A stretch of DNA of 64,000 nucleotides. Origin: an uncultured Planctomycetaceae bacterium. Its GTDB lineage: Bacteria; Planctomycetota; Planctomycetia; Isosphaerales; Isosphaeraceae. Where the stretch lies: positions 1,088,001 through 1,152,000 of the forward strand of contig CAWIAD010000001.1 of assembly GCA_963833985.1 (NCBI GenBank). The letters are read 5' to 3'. Below, piece after piece: positions 21,843 to 35,187 of the stretch. The position numbers and the translations under genes are program-made. Below the pieces are notes generated by a model, which saw only the letters and a list, made by a program, of their open reading frames with translations, did no database searches and had not been told where the DNA came from. Within the stretch, counting starts at the first letter, position 1, and each line of letters opens with the position of its first letter.

Positions 21843-23507
21843 TTATTTCCGGCCGAACGCCACAAGGGTGATGTCGTCGAACTGGCTGCGGCCGGCGGCG
21901 TGGTTCTGCACGTTCTGGAAGAGCATCTCGCCGGTGGCGGAGGGTCCGGCGGGCGCGCTTGCCAGCATGGTCCGCAGCGCCGCCTCGCCGAGCCGGTCGC
22001 CTTGCGGGTTGAGGGCGTCGGTCACACCGTCAGTATAGAAGATGACCACGTCTCCGGGATCCAGAGTGGTCTCGACCGTCTCGTATTGCCAGTCTCCCTG
22101 GATGGCCAGGGGAAGCCCCGATCCCTCCTTGCCGAACTCCTCGACGCGGCCGTCCCGGCGGTGGATCAGGGGAGCAGGGTGTCCGGCGTTGCAGAGCAGC
22201 AGTCGGTGCTCGGAAAGGTCGAGCATGGCCAGCAGAAACGTGATGTACATGTCCAGCACGCCGTTTTCCCAGAGCTGGTTGTTGAGCCGCGTGACCACCT
22301 GCGCAGGGTCGCTCTGGCCTTGCAAGAAAAGGCGGATCTCGGCGGAGAGCTTGGCGGTCACGAGTGCAGCAGGCAGCCCCTTGCCCACCACGTCGCCCAC
22401 CGCGATGGCCCATTTCCGCGCCGATTTGCTGTCGGTATGGAGTGTGTCGCCCAGTGGGATGAATCCGTAGTAATCGCCTCCCACGTGCCGGGCGGGCTCG
22501 TAACAGTCCCAGAATTCGTAGCCCGGCACTCCGGTCGGCCGCTCGGGGAGCAAGGCCTGCATGACCTGGCGTGCCACCTGGAGCTCGCGCTCCATCTCGC
22601 TCTGCTTGATCGCCTCGCGGTGGAGCTTGGCGTTCTGGACGGCCACGCTGACCTGATGCGCCACCGAGACCAAGACGTCGAGGTCTTCCTGTTCGAAGCG
22701 GGCGCGCCCGTCCCGCGTGTCGATCTGGATGAGCCCGATGGAGCGCTGCTTCTGGTCCTGGATCGGCACGCACATGAGCGAGCGGATATGGCTTTCCGAG
22801 ATGCTGTCGCTGTTCGGGAACTCCCCCGGCAGATCCTTGCTCAGGACCGCCTGGCCGTTCTTGAGCACGCGCTGGAGGATTGACTTGGAGATCTTCAGAT
22901 TGCCCGCCGGACCGCTTCGTGTATGCACGGCCTCGGGAGTGAGCGTCTGGCGCTCGCGATCCTCCAGCAGCACGAACCCCCGCTCCGCCGAGGGAAAGAT
23001 CTCGAAGAGCGTGGTCAACACTTTTTCGAGGATCTCGCCCAGCACCAGCGTGCTGCCGAACGCCTGCGTGATCCGGTGCATGGCGCGCAGCTTCACCTCG
23101 GGCTTGACCACCGGCAAGTAACGATCGCTCGGGGTGGTCATGTCGATCGAGGCGAATACGGTGGATTGATCCTGTTCCCCATCCTGGATCTGAACTGACT
23201 GAGCCTTGAACACGAACTGAACATCGCCAATCTGAATGACGTTGCCGTTGCGCAGCACCACGGGCTGGGTGAGCCGCAGACCATCCACGTAGGTGCCCCG
23301 CGTGCTGCCGATGTCCTTCATCACGTACTCGCCGTTGCGGTGCACGATCGCCGCGTGCTTGCGCGAGACGGATTTCGGCTCGAGCACCAGATCGCAGTCC
23401 GGATTGCGGCCGATGATCAGCACGTCGCGATCAACCTTGTACACGCGGCCGCAGTGTGGACCCGAGGCCACCTGAAGAAATGGCACAATGCTTTGATCAG
23501 GTTCCAT
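21843..23507 (-). CDS. FHA-GAF-PP2C (SpoIIE/RsbU-like) phosphatase
   Basis: IGRNPDCD..VSRKHA..GSTRGT (FHA); RSLMCVPI (GAF); VGGDYY, GDVVGKG, NAGH, YTDGVTD and DDIT (PP2C). Confidence 0.92.
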   Translation of the reverse strand: MEPDQSIVPFLQVASGPHCGRVYKVDRDVLIIGRNPDCDLVLEPKSVSRKHAAIVHRNGEYVMKDIGSTRGTYVDGLRLTQPVVLRNGNVIQIGDVQFVFKAQSVQIQDGEQDQSTVFASIDMTTPSDRYLPVVKPEVKLRAMHRITQAFGSTLVLGEILEKVLTTLFEIFPSAERGFVLLEDRERQTLTPEAVHTRSGPAGNLKISKSILQRVLKNGQAVLSKDLPGEFPNSDSISESHIRSLMCVPIQDQKQRSIGLIQIDTRDGRARFEQEDLDVLVSVAHQVSVAVQNAKLHREAIKQSEMERELQVARQVMQALLPERPTGVPGYEFWDCYEPARHVGGDYYGFIPLGDTLHTDSKSARKWAIAVGDVVGKGLPAALVTAKLSAEIRLFLQGQSDPAQVVTRLNNQLWENGVLDMYITFLLAMLDLSEHRLLLCNAGHPAPLIHRRDGRVEEFGKEGSGLPLAIQGDWQYETVETTLDPGDVVIFYTDGVTDALNPQGDRLGEAALRTMLASAPAGPSATGEMLFQNVQNHAAGRSQFDDITLVAFGRK

Positions 23508-23878
23508 GACGGCTGGCTTCCCGCTTCGAATGCAGCGCCGCACCGAGATCGTTGCAAACTCCCGCGAGCGCTCGGAAACGTGCGGCGGAGCGCGACTTCG
23601 CTTCTCTATTGTATGCGTTTCGGCCGGAAAACGAATCAGCGTTCTCAAATCGGCTGCCACTGTGAAAGGCAGGATCAAGCTCGGGTAGGCGGAAGCCCCG
23701 ATGGAGTTGTCCCGCTCCCTTTCACGAAGCCCGGACGTCGCCTATCCCTGCGTCTCGAACCGCTAAATTGCCCGCGCGAGCGGTTTTTGTTGGCGTTGAC
23801 CCGTTTCTACTGCTATTCTTTCGGTCAGATCGGGTTCCTTTTGAAGCGAGTCCTGTCGCCGATCCGGAGTGCCAGTCG

Positions 23879-24508
23879 ATGAATTCGATCGGATCGCTGA
23901 CGCGGTATGTGCATGAGCTCAGGTCACCGGATGCCCGCATGCGCGACGAGGCGGCCCGGGTGATCTGGGAACGCTTTTCCCCCAGGCTCAAGAACCTGGT
24001 CCGCCGCCATCTCGACAACCGTATCCTCCGCCGCGAGGACGAGCAGGACGTCCTGCAAAGCATGTTCGCGAGCTTCTGCCACGGTCAGACGACCGGGAAG
24101 TCACCGCCGGCGAGCCGCGAGGAGCTCTGGAAGCTGCTGGTGCGGATCACGATGTGCAAGGTCATCAATACCGCCCACAAGCACATGGCCGACCGGCGCG
24201 ACGTCCGCCGCGAACGCTGCGACCCCTGGGGAGACGTGAGCGATCCCCATTTCCCTCGCTGGATGCTCGAGCGCGTCGATCGCTCGCAACCCGATCCGCA
24301 AGAAAAAGTCGCCGTCGTGGAGGAAGTTCAGCGCCTGCTCAAGCTTCTGCCCGATCCGCTCCGCCAGATCGTGTTGTGGAAGCTCGAGGGATTCACCAAC
24401 GCCGAGATCGCGTGCATGATCGGCAGGACGCTCCGTTCCGTCGAGATCAAGCTTCAGCTCATCCGCAAACATCTCCAGGGGGAACTTGGCGACGTCGATC
24501 CAGAATGA
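23879..24508 (+). CDS. ECF-type sigma factor (planctomycete type)
   Basis: DEAARVIWERF..DEQDVLQSMF..LWKLLVRIT..LEGFTNAEIA..RSVEIKL. Confidence 0.88.
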   Translation: MNSIGSLTRYVHELRSPDARMRDEAARVIWERFSPRLKNLVRRHLDNRILRREDEQDVLQSMFASFCHGQTTGKSPPASREELWKLLVRITMCKVINTAHKHMADRRDVRRERCDPWGDVSDPHFPRWMLERVDRSQPDPQEKVAVVEEVQRLLKLLPDPLRQIVLWKLEGFTNAEIACMIGRTLRSVEIKLQLIRKHLQGELGDVDPE

Positions 24509-24573
24509 GATCTCCATCTGGCCGGGAACACGCCCCGGCCCGGTCCGGCCCTGCGCCCGCCTTGCCCCGGCGA

Positions 24574-25386
24574 TCAGCCAGAGCCGACCTCCCTGGCCGG
24601 CTTCGTGAGATGGTAAAGCAAGATCCCCGCGGCTACGGCCACGTTCAGCGAGCCGGCACCGGGACGCATCGGGATCGTTATGGACCGTCCGCAGCGCTCG
24701 AGCCACCCGGCATCGACGCCCTGGTCCTCGTCGCCCAGAACCAGCCCCAGCCGGGCGGGCCGCGATAACCGCTCGAAGGCCTGCGCGGCCGGGTCGGCCA
24801 CGGCGGCCCAGAGCTCCACGCCACGGGAGACCAGCCAGTCGGCTGTCTCCAGTGGCTGCCCGGCCACAAGCACCGGAACCCGCAGCGCCGAGCCCATCGA
24901 CACGCGGAGCACCCTTCGCGACAGCGGATCCGGACAGCTTGGCCCGGCCACGATGGCGTCGATTCCGAAGACGTCGCCAAGGCGGGCGATCGAGCCGAGA
25001 TTCTCGGGGTTGCTCAACCGCGGGCATAGAACCAGCGTGCACGAGCCGTGGTCAGGCAGCAGCATCTCCTCCAGCGCGGGCCAGGCCACCCGCTGCCCGC
25101 AGCCGAGAACGCCACGGTGGAACGGAAAGCCCACCAGTTCGTGCACCTGCTCGTGTGGGACCACATACACCGGCACGTCCGCCGCCAGCGCCACACTGTT
25201 CCGGACCAGGTAGCGGTCCGTCGCCAGGACGGAGACGAGAGGAAAGCGGCTTGCCGCCAGCCGCTCCACCAGCTTCTCGCCCTCGACCACGAATTGATCC
25301 AGTCCGCGTGTCTGGTTCGTGGCCTTGAGTGCGCGATAGACCGCGATCCGGGGGTCGTCAAGGTTGGTGATCGGGACGCGTGGCAA
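24574..25386 (-). CDS. TrmH/SpoU family RNA methyltransferase
   Basis: NPENLGSIAR, LRVSMG, LGDEDQG and SLNVAVAAGI motifs. Confidence 0.92.
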   Translation of the reverse strand: MPRVPITNLDDPRIAVYRALKATNQTRGLDQFVVEGEKLVERLAASRFPLVSVLATDRYLVRNSVALAADVPVYVVPHEQVHELVGFPFHRGVLGCGQRVAWPALEEMLLPDHGSCTLVLCPRLSNPENLGSIARLGDVFGIDAIVAGPSCPDPLSRRVLRVSMGSALRVPVLVAGQPLETADWLVSRGVELWAAVADPAAQAFERLSRPARLGLVLGDEDQGVDAGWLERCGRSITIPMRPGAGSLNVAVAAGILLYHLTKPAREVGSG

Positions 25387-25456
25387 TGGCGTTTCCCGTC
25401 GTGAGTGAGCTCGTTGTCATTTCCCTCCACACTGTCTCCGGCTGTCGCGCGGCAGG

Positions 25457-25882
25457 TCAACCGCTAAGCCTCGTCATGATGGTGAAAAAGGGAAGGCCAA
25501 ACGCCACGATGATCAGGACGATCAGGCACAGCGGGGTTGCGAGCATGAAGATCGACCACGCCCGCGCGGCTCCCTCATGGCCGCGCAGCATCTGAAGCAT
25601 GAGGGTGTCGCAGGCCAGAACAAGCGCCAGCACCAGCGTGAGACCCGCAAGCGACGTACCTGGCCGGACCAGCGCATGAGACGCCTCGATCAGGCCAATC
25701 GTCGCTCGAGGCAGCGGGATGCCGAAGTCCTTGAGGATCGCCTCGACCCTGGGGACTCCGAAGCGGAGCGTCACGAGAAGCAGCCCCCAGGCGCATCCAT
25801 GGACCATCAGCCGAGCCGGGTGCGGGCCTATCGCTGGAGGATCAGCGAGCGGTGAGCCATCGGACTGTTCCTTGCTCATCAT
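25457..25882 (-). CDS. Small membrane protein resembling part of PilC/GspF
   Basis: VPRVEAILKDFGIPLPRATIGLIEAS; C-terminal IIVAFGLPFFTIM; three TM segments. Confidence 0.6.
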   Translation of the reverse strand: MMSKEQSDGSPLADPPAIGPHPARLMVHGCAWGLLLVTLRFGVPRVEAILKDFGIPLPRATIGLIEASHALVRPGTSLAGLTLVLALVLACDTLMLQMLRGHEGAARAWSIFMLATPLCLIVLIIVAFGLPFFTIMTRLSG

Positions 25883-25914
25883 GGCGTCCTCTCGTAGGGG
25901 TATTGAACGGAGCC

Positions 25915-27781
25915 TTACTCCGCCCGGGCGGTGACACGCTCGAGGATCGTCTGCTCCCGCTGGTGCAGCAGGCCTCCCTGCCAGCCGAGCACCCACGCGT
26001 AAACTGTCGCAACGACCGCGCACTGCACCAGGGTCAGTACAAGGCAGAGAGGCAGCCTTGGAGTTTGCCCGGTCAGGTCCAGAAGGTATTCCGCCCCGAG
26101 CGGGAGCAAGGTCAGCGACTGGACCGCCGGGAAGAGCACCATCAACGTCAACATCTGGAGCAGGGCTGTGCTCAAGGTTGGCTGGGCGGGCCGGAGCGAC
26201 CCGGAGGGGACGTGAACCGGGGCGAAGATCGACATCATGTTGGTGATGATGCAGCAGAGAAGATACATGGAGACGTACTGGGCTGGCATGGCCAGCAGGT
26301 GATCCAGCCGCATGGGACGGAACACCTGCACGAGCAGCAGCAGCGCGAATGCGACCCCGAACGCCAGTGGTGCGAGGGCCAGGTTCTTCCCCATCAGGAT
26401 GTCGCGCCGCCGCGCCGCGCTGAGCACGAATACCTTGAAGCCGTCGCGGTCGAGGCCGAACTGGTTGGCCATGACGTTGGTCAACGAGAAGAGCACCAGG
26501 AGCATCGCGCCGATCCCGGCCAGGGGACGGCTCCAGAGCGGAGACTGCGACCCGTTCCGCATCACCATCGAGCCGAAGACGGCGACCATGATCAGCGAGC
26601 CCAGGAGCATCATCTTCGCTTCCGGGGCACGCACCAGGGAGCGAAAACCTGCCAGGGCGATCGCCGAGACCGGCTCGGATAGCCCTGGAAGCCGGGCCTC
26701 GAGTATCAGCCGGCCCGGCCGGGACGTGGCCGGCGAAGTAGCCGCTATCCGGACAGGCTCCGTGGCACCCACCTGCGCCGGCGGCGGCTTCTCGTTGGTT
26801 GGCCCCCCCTTGTAGAGCTGCATCGTTCCCAGGTAAGCCCGGCGCAGGCTGACCACTCCAATCAGCCCCATGCCCGCGAAGCCAAGCACCGAGGGCAGCA
26901 CGTTTCCCTCAGAGGCATCCATGACACCCAGGGGCAGCCAGCCGACCGGCAGCACCATGTTCACCACCCGGGCGATCCGCGCATAACGCTCGATCGTCTG
27001 CTCGTTTGCCAGGCGCTCCGCCTCCAGTCCCGTGGCCTCACGCGACCGCCGCTGCCGTTCGAACTCGACGACGTCAATCTCGCCGGATTCAACCCGCTTG
27101 ACCAGCTTGACCACCTCCGCGGGGTCTGCATGCGGGACGCCCGGCTCGTGGTGCTGCCAGGGTGCGTACAGGTTCACCAGGTTGGGAATCTGCAAGACCA
27201 GAATGAACAGCCCTGTCGCGGCCGCGACGACGGTCCGCTTCGTCCGCGGATTGCTCATGAGCGACGCCACCCAGCCGCGGAACTGGTAGTTGAGCGCGGT
27301 GATCATGAGCAGAAAGGCCCCCAGCCCCGCCAGCGAGGGGAGCATGACGGCTCCCTTGACCATCACCAGCGCCAGGGCGAAGGCCAGCATGATCGGTGTA
27401 AAGACGATGAGGCTGAGCGACAGCAGCGAGCTGAGGAAGTTGATCAGGAACGCCCCGGACGGGGAGACCGGCAGGTGCAAAAACCTGGAAAGTGCCAGCG
27501 GCTCGGACCGCTGGAGGTCCGTCAGCAGACCGGCGCTCCAGAAGCAGAGGAAGTTGAGGAGGAGCACATCCCAGGCTGCCAGCAGGTGGAGGGGGAGGGC
27601 CCGGGGAATCGCCTGGAGGCCGAACCAGAGGCAGCCCGCGAAGAGCGGGATGGCCGTGGCGAGGGCGGCCACGCTGAGCATGATCATGAGTGCCGCGTTC
27701 AGCCGGCCCGCGCGCCGCCACTGGTTGACTGAGAGCCGCCAGCGCAGCCAGATGAAGGTTTCGAAGATGCTGGAGGTTCAT
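25915..27781 (-). CDS. ABC transporter permease (frameshift near 27750)
   Basis: Many TM helices; FLHLPVS, NQFGLDRDG and RDILMGKN motifs; coupled to the ATPase gene. Confidence 0.8.
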
Positions 27782-28548
27782 TTCGAGGCTTCCTCCAGCC
27801 AGTTCAACTTGCGCGTCGCCTCAGGGTCGGCGCCCGCGCGTTCCAGAAAGCGGTCCTCCAGAGTGCCCTCGCGACGGATCTCCTCCAGCGAGCACTGCTC
27901 GACGAGCTGCCCCTTGACGATCATTCCCACGTGGGTGCAAAGACGCTCCACAATCTCCAGCACGTGGGACGTGAGAAAGACGGTCGAGCCCCGGGCGACG
28001 AAGCCAGCCAGCAGGTCGCGGATCACCCGCGAGGTCACCGCGTCCACCCCCTCGAATGGCTCGTCCAGGAAGAGCAGGTCGGGGTTGGGCAGGAGCGCGG
28101 CCGCAATGGCGAGCTTCTTCTTCATGCCATGCGAGTACTCGAGCGTGAGCTTCTTCTCCTCGTTCTCCAGGCCGAGGATCGCCAGCAGCTCGGCGCTGCG
28201 GTCTCGGATCACCTGTCGCGGCATGAGGTGGATGCGGCCAACGAAGGTGAGGTACTCGCGGGCCGTCAGATTGTCGAAGAGGGCCAGGTCCTCCGGAATG
28301 ACCCCCATCCGCCGCTTGGCCTCGAGCGCCTCCTGCGGGTTCACCATGTTCCGGCCCAGCACCCGGATGGAGCCGCTGGAGGGGGCGAGCAGCCCGGTCA
28401 GCATCTTGATGGTCGTGGACTTGCCCGCGCCGTTGGGGCCCAGGAAGCCGTAGAATGTGCCGCACTCGACGGCGAGGTCGATGCCTTGCACGGCGAGCGC
28501 GCCGTGGAAGTAACGCGTCAACTGGTGAGTCTCGATGGCACGGCTCAT
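27778..28548 (-). CDS. ABC transporter ATP-binding protein
   Basis: GPNGAGKST, YSHGMKKK, LFLDEP and TSH motifs. Confidence 0.95.
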   Translation of the reverse strand: MSRAIETHQLTRYFHGALAVQGIDLAVECGTFYGFLGPNGAGKSTTIKMLTGLLAPSSGSIRVLGRNMVNPQEALEAKRRMGVIPEDLALFDNLTAREYLTFVGRIHLMPRQVIRDRSAELLAILGLENEEKKLTLEYSHGMKKKLAIAAALLPNPDLLFLDEPFEGVDAVTSRVIRDLLAGFVARGSTVFLTSHVLEIVERLCTHVGMIVKGQLVEQCSLEEIRREGTLEDRFLERAGADPEATRKLNWLEEASK

Positions 28549-28668
28549 GGTCGTCCGTCGCGGAAGAGGTCTGGCTGAAGACCATTTCACGATAGCACGA
28601 CCACGGCGCGGCCGCAGGGGGAGAACCTTCCGGAATCTCGCCGCGGCCGCGCGCACCGGCCGCTCTCA

Positions 28669-29672
28669 TCAGACCAGGGGCGAGCTGTAGGACTGGATCG
28701 TCTTGACGTAGTTGGCACGCTCGAACGCCGTCGGGTCGGGGCTGTTGCGCTGGCTCATCGAGCCCTTCATCTGCTGCACCGAGACGTACTCCTTCTCCTC
28801 CAGCCAGGTGCGCAGGCCGACGAGCAGGTCCGAGATCAGGCCGGGCCCTTGCTTGAGCACGGCCGAGGTGGTCATCGCCACGTCGGCCCCGGCCAGCAGC
28901 AGCTTGATCACGTCCTCTGGGGTGTGCACGCCGCTGGTGGCCGCCAGCGACTCGTCGAAGTACGACCGCAAGATGGCGATCCAGCGCAGGGGGAGCCGCA
29001 GCTCGTCGCTGGTGGAGAGCACCAGCCGCGGCTCCACGGCCAGGTTTTCCAGGTCGATGTCGGGCTGGAGAAACCGGTTGAACAGCACCAGCCCGTCCGC
29101 ACCAGACTGAAAGAGCTTGCGCGCCATGTTGGCAATGGAGCTGAAAAAGGGCCCGATCTTCACGGCCAGGGGGATGGAGACCGCGCCACGGACCGCGGAG
29201 ACCAGCTCCAGGTAGCGGTTCTCCACCTCCAGGGCCGTGGTCTCGGGATCGGTGGGCAAGTAGTAGATGTTCAGCTCCAGGGCGTCGGCCCCGGCCTCCT
29301 CGATCATCTTGCCGTAGTGGATCCAGCCGCCGTTGGAGGTGCCGTTGAGGCTGCCGATCACCGGGATGGTGAGCGACTGCTTGGCCTGGCGCACCAGCCG
29401 GAGATAGCTCTCCGGGCCGGTGTGGTAGTCGGACATCTCCGGCAAGTACGACTGGGCCTCGGCGTACCCTTCATTGTTGAAGTCGTAGAGCAGGGCGATC
29501 TCCACTTCCTCGCGGGTGATCTGCTCCTCGAAGAGCGAGGGGAGCACCACGGCCGAGGCGCCCGCCTCTTCCAGCTTCATGAGCGACTCGATACGGCCGG
29601 TGAGCGGCCCGGCCGAGGCCACCAGCGGGTTCTTCAGGTCCAGACCCAGGTACTTCGTACGCAGGGAAATGC

Positions 29673-29676
<4 letters not shown>
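28669..29676 (-). CDS. Dihydroorotate dehydrogenase-like protein
   Basis: LKNPLVASA, SLFEEQI, ALELNIY, IPLAVKI and LFNRF motifs; ATG overlaps the nifJ stop. Confidence 0.88.
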
Positions 29677-33306
<3,630 letters not shown>

Positions 33307-33735
33307 TCACGCAGCCTTGCGTGCTCGGAGACGCGCCATGCCAGAACGATGAAGGTGCTGGGCTGGCTCCGTGTGCTTCATCGCATGTTGATCAACTTGT
33401 GGCATGAAAACAGCCCCGTACGCGCATCGCTTGTGGAAGCGTGCGTGGGGCTCTCGTCGCCAGCAAGGGCACTGCCCGCCATGAGCAGTGTTGTCGTAAC
33501 CTCTTAATTAACCGAGCAGCCGCGCGAAGTCAACGTGCAGCAGCCGCCAGTTCCGCCGCGCTGCGCCTGGAACGCCTGGAAAACGAGCCGCATTCGAACG
33601 CGTTGAATGGATCGGCGCGGCCGTCCTTCCTGTCCCGCGTCCCGGCGCGGCTGGCGAGCCGGGATCAGCGAACGGCTGAGCTGAGCGGAATTTCCTGGAG
33701 TCCTCCGGATCAATCGTGCTGGTCGGGCTGACGCC

Positions 33736-33950
33736 CGAGGTTGGGGGCCGCGCCCGTCCGAACCACGGCCTGACGACCGTGGTCACGGCTCCGCGGGCTG
33801 CCTCGAACCGAGCCGGCCGAACCGAGCCTGCGGTGGCCACGTCCATGAGGCATCGGTGACCCCGTCCACGAGGCATCGGTGACCCCGTCCGCCAGTCTGA
33901 TGACCACGTCCGTGAGCGCGTGGTTCAGACGGGCGCAGCCTCCAACCTCG
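33736..33950. repeat. 32-bp inverted repeat pair enclosing a 23-bp tandem repeat (MITE/REPIN-like)
   Basis: 33736-33767 and 33919-33950 are reverse complements at 29 of 32 positions. gtcca(t/c)gaggcatcggtgacccc occurs twice at 33841-33886. Confidence 0.75.
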
Positions 33951-34121
33951 CCCGTATGGGCGATCCGGTCGGTGGGTCGACGGAGGTTGGGAGACGCCCG
34001 CCCTCGCTGACAGGGGATTTCCTCCATGGAGGCCGTCGGCTTTCCCTGCGACAGGGTGCTCATTACAGTAGCTGGCGGCACCACAGGTGAGTGAAGTCAT
34101 ACGCTCCAGGGGAGTCCTTCC

Positions 34122-34713
34122 ATGGGCTGGCCAGTGATTCTCGTGGGTTCCCTCGTGCTGAGCGTGCTCGATGCCACTGGCCGCACGATCGCGGAGCTGG
34201 CCGGGAAGGCGTCCGCGCCGACGCCCGCGGCGGATGCCAGGGCGCAGGCCGAGGCGGTGAAGCCGTCGGTGCTCAGCCTCTACAGAGCGCTGCGGGAGAG
34301 GATGCCGGATACGGCCGAAGCTCATCGCGACCTTGGCCTCTGGTGCCGCCAGAACGGCCTGGCGATCGAGGCCGTCATTCAGGGCCGATTGCAGGTGGAG
34401 GCCCAGAAGAGGGAGCTGAGAACGCAGAAGAAGTGGCTCGGCGCTTGAGCGGCTGCGGATTCTCCAGCGGGCGGCCAACCAGCAGATCGTTCAGGTGCTC
34501 AACCAGGCGACCGGCGAGCCGCTGCCTGCCGACCGGAAAGCGTGCCTGACCTGGTGGTACCGGCAGCACGGCCGCACGTACGTGCCCCCGAGCGAGGGAC
34601 CGCGCCCGACGCTGACCCGCTTCGAACCCCTCGAGTACCAGCCCCGCGACGTCTCCGGCCTCGGCTTCCATCCGCTCCAGGGCTACTTCCTGCTCGTGCC
34701 CGCGGGCTGGTGA
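34122..34713 (+). CDS. Secreted hypothetical planctomycete protein (frameshift near 34440)
   Basis: Signal-like N-terminus; DTAEAHRDLGLWCRQNGL; VLNQATGE..WW. Confidence 0.5.
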
Positions 34714-34800
34714 AGACGGGACGTCGGTCGGCGCATGCCGGGGCGTTTCCAGGGAACTGGCCGGCGCGGTGTGCCGGGTCGCGTGCGGCCAGGAATCAGC

Positions 34801-34941
34801 TCACTTGCGGCAGCGCACAGCGCTGGCGGCCACGATCGTGCCCATCAGCCCCACGCCCAGCAAGAGTCCGCTCGGCGGTTCGGGAACCACGGCGATGAGC
34901 CAGACGGGCGGGGGCCCGACGTTTGGTCCGATGTTGTCGAA
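34801..34941 (-). pseudogene. Orphan PEP-CTERM sorting-signal remnant
   Basis: Reads ...AVVPEPPSGLLLGVGLMGTIVAASAVRCRK-stop, with an in-frame stop at 34942-34944 just upstream. Confidence 0.6.
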
Positions 34942-35187
34942 TCAGGGATAAGACGGGCTGGCTCTTTGAGCCGATCAAGACGAATGCATTTCCGTATCGA
35001 AATTGCTTGCCACCTCAACCAGCATTCCCTATCTTCATGCAATTCCGACAGCGCCCAGGACCGCATCGGACCGTTGCAAGCGGCATGATGGGACCAGGAG
35101 ATGTTGGTCCCTTTGACCCCCTGGAGCGAGTCGAGTCGCGGCGCCTTGATTCACCATCTGACGATCAACAACGGGAAGAGCCGATCC

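Noticed and set aside
33382..33401. FNR or Rex box upstream of nifJ
   Set aside because: Does not match TTGAT-N4-ATCAA or TTGTGAA-N4-TTCACAA; kept only as an unassigned palindrome.
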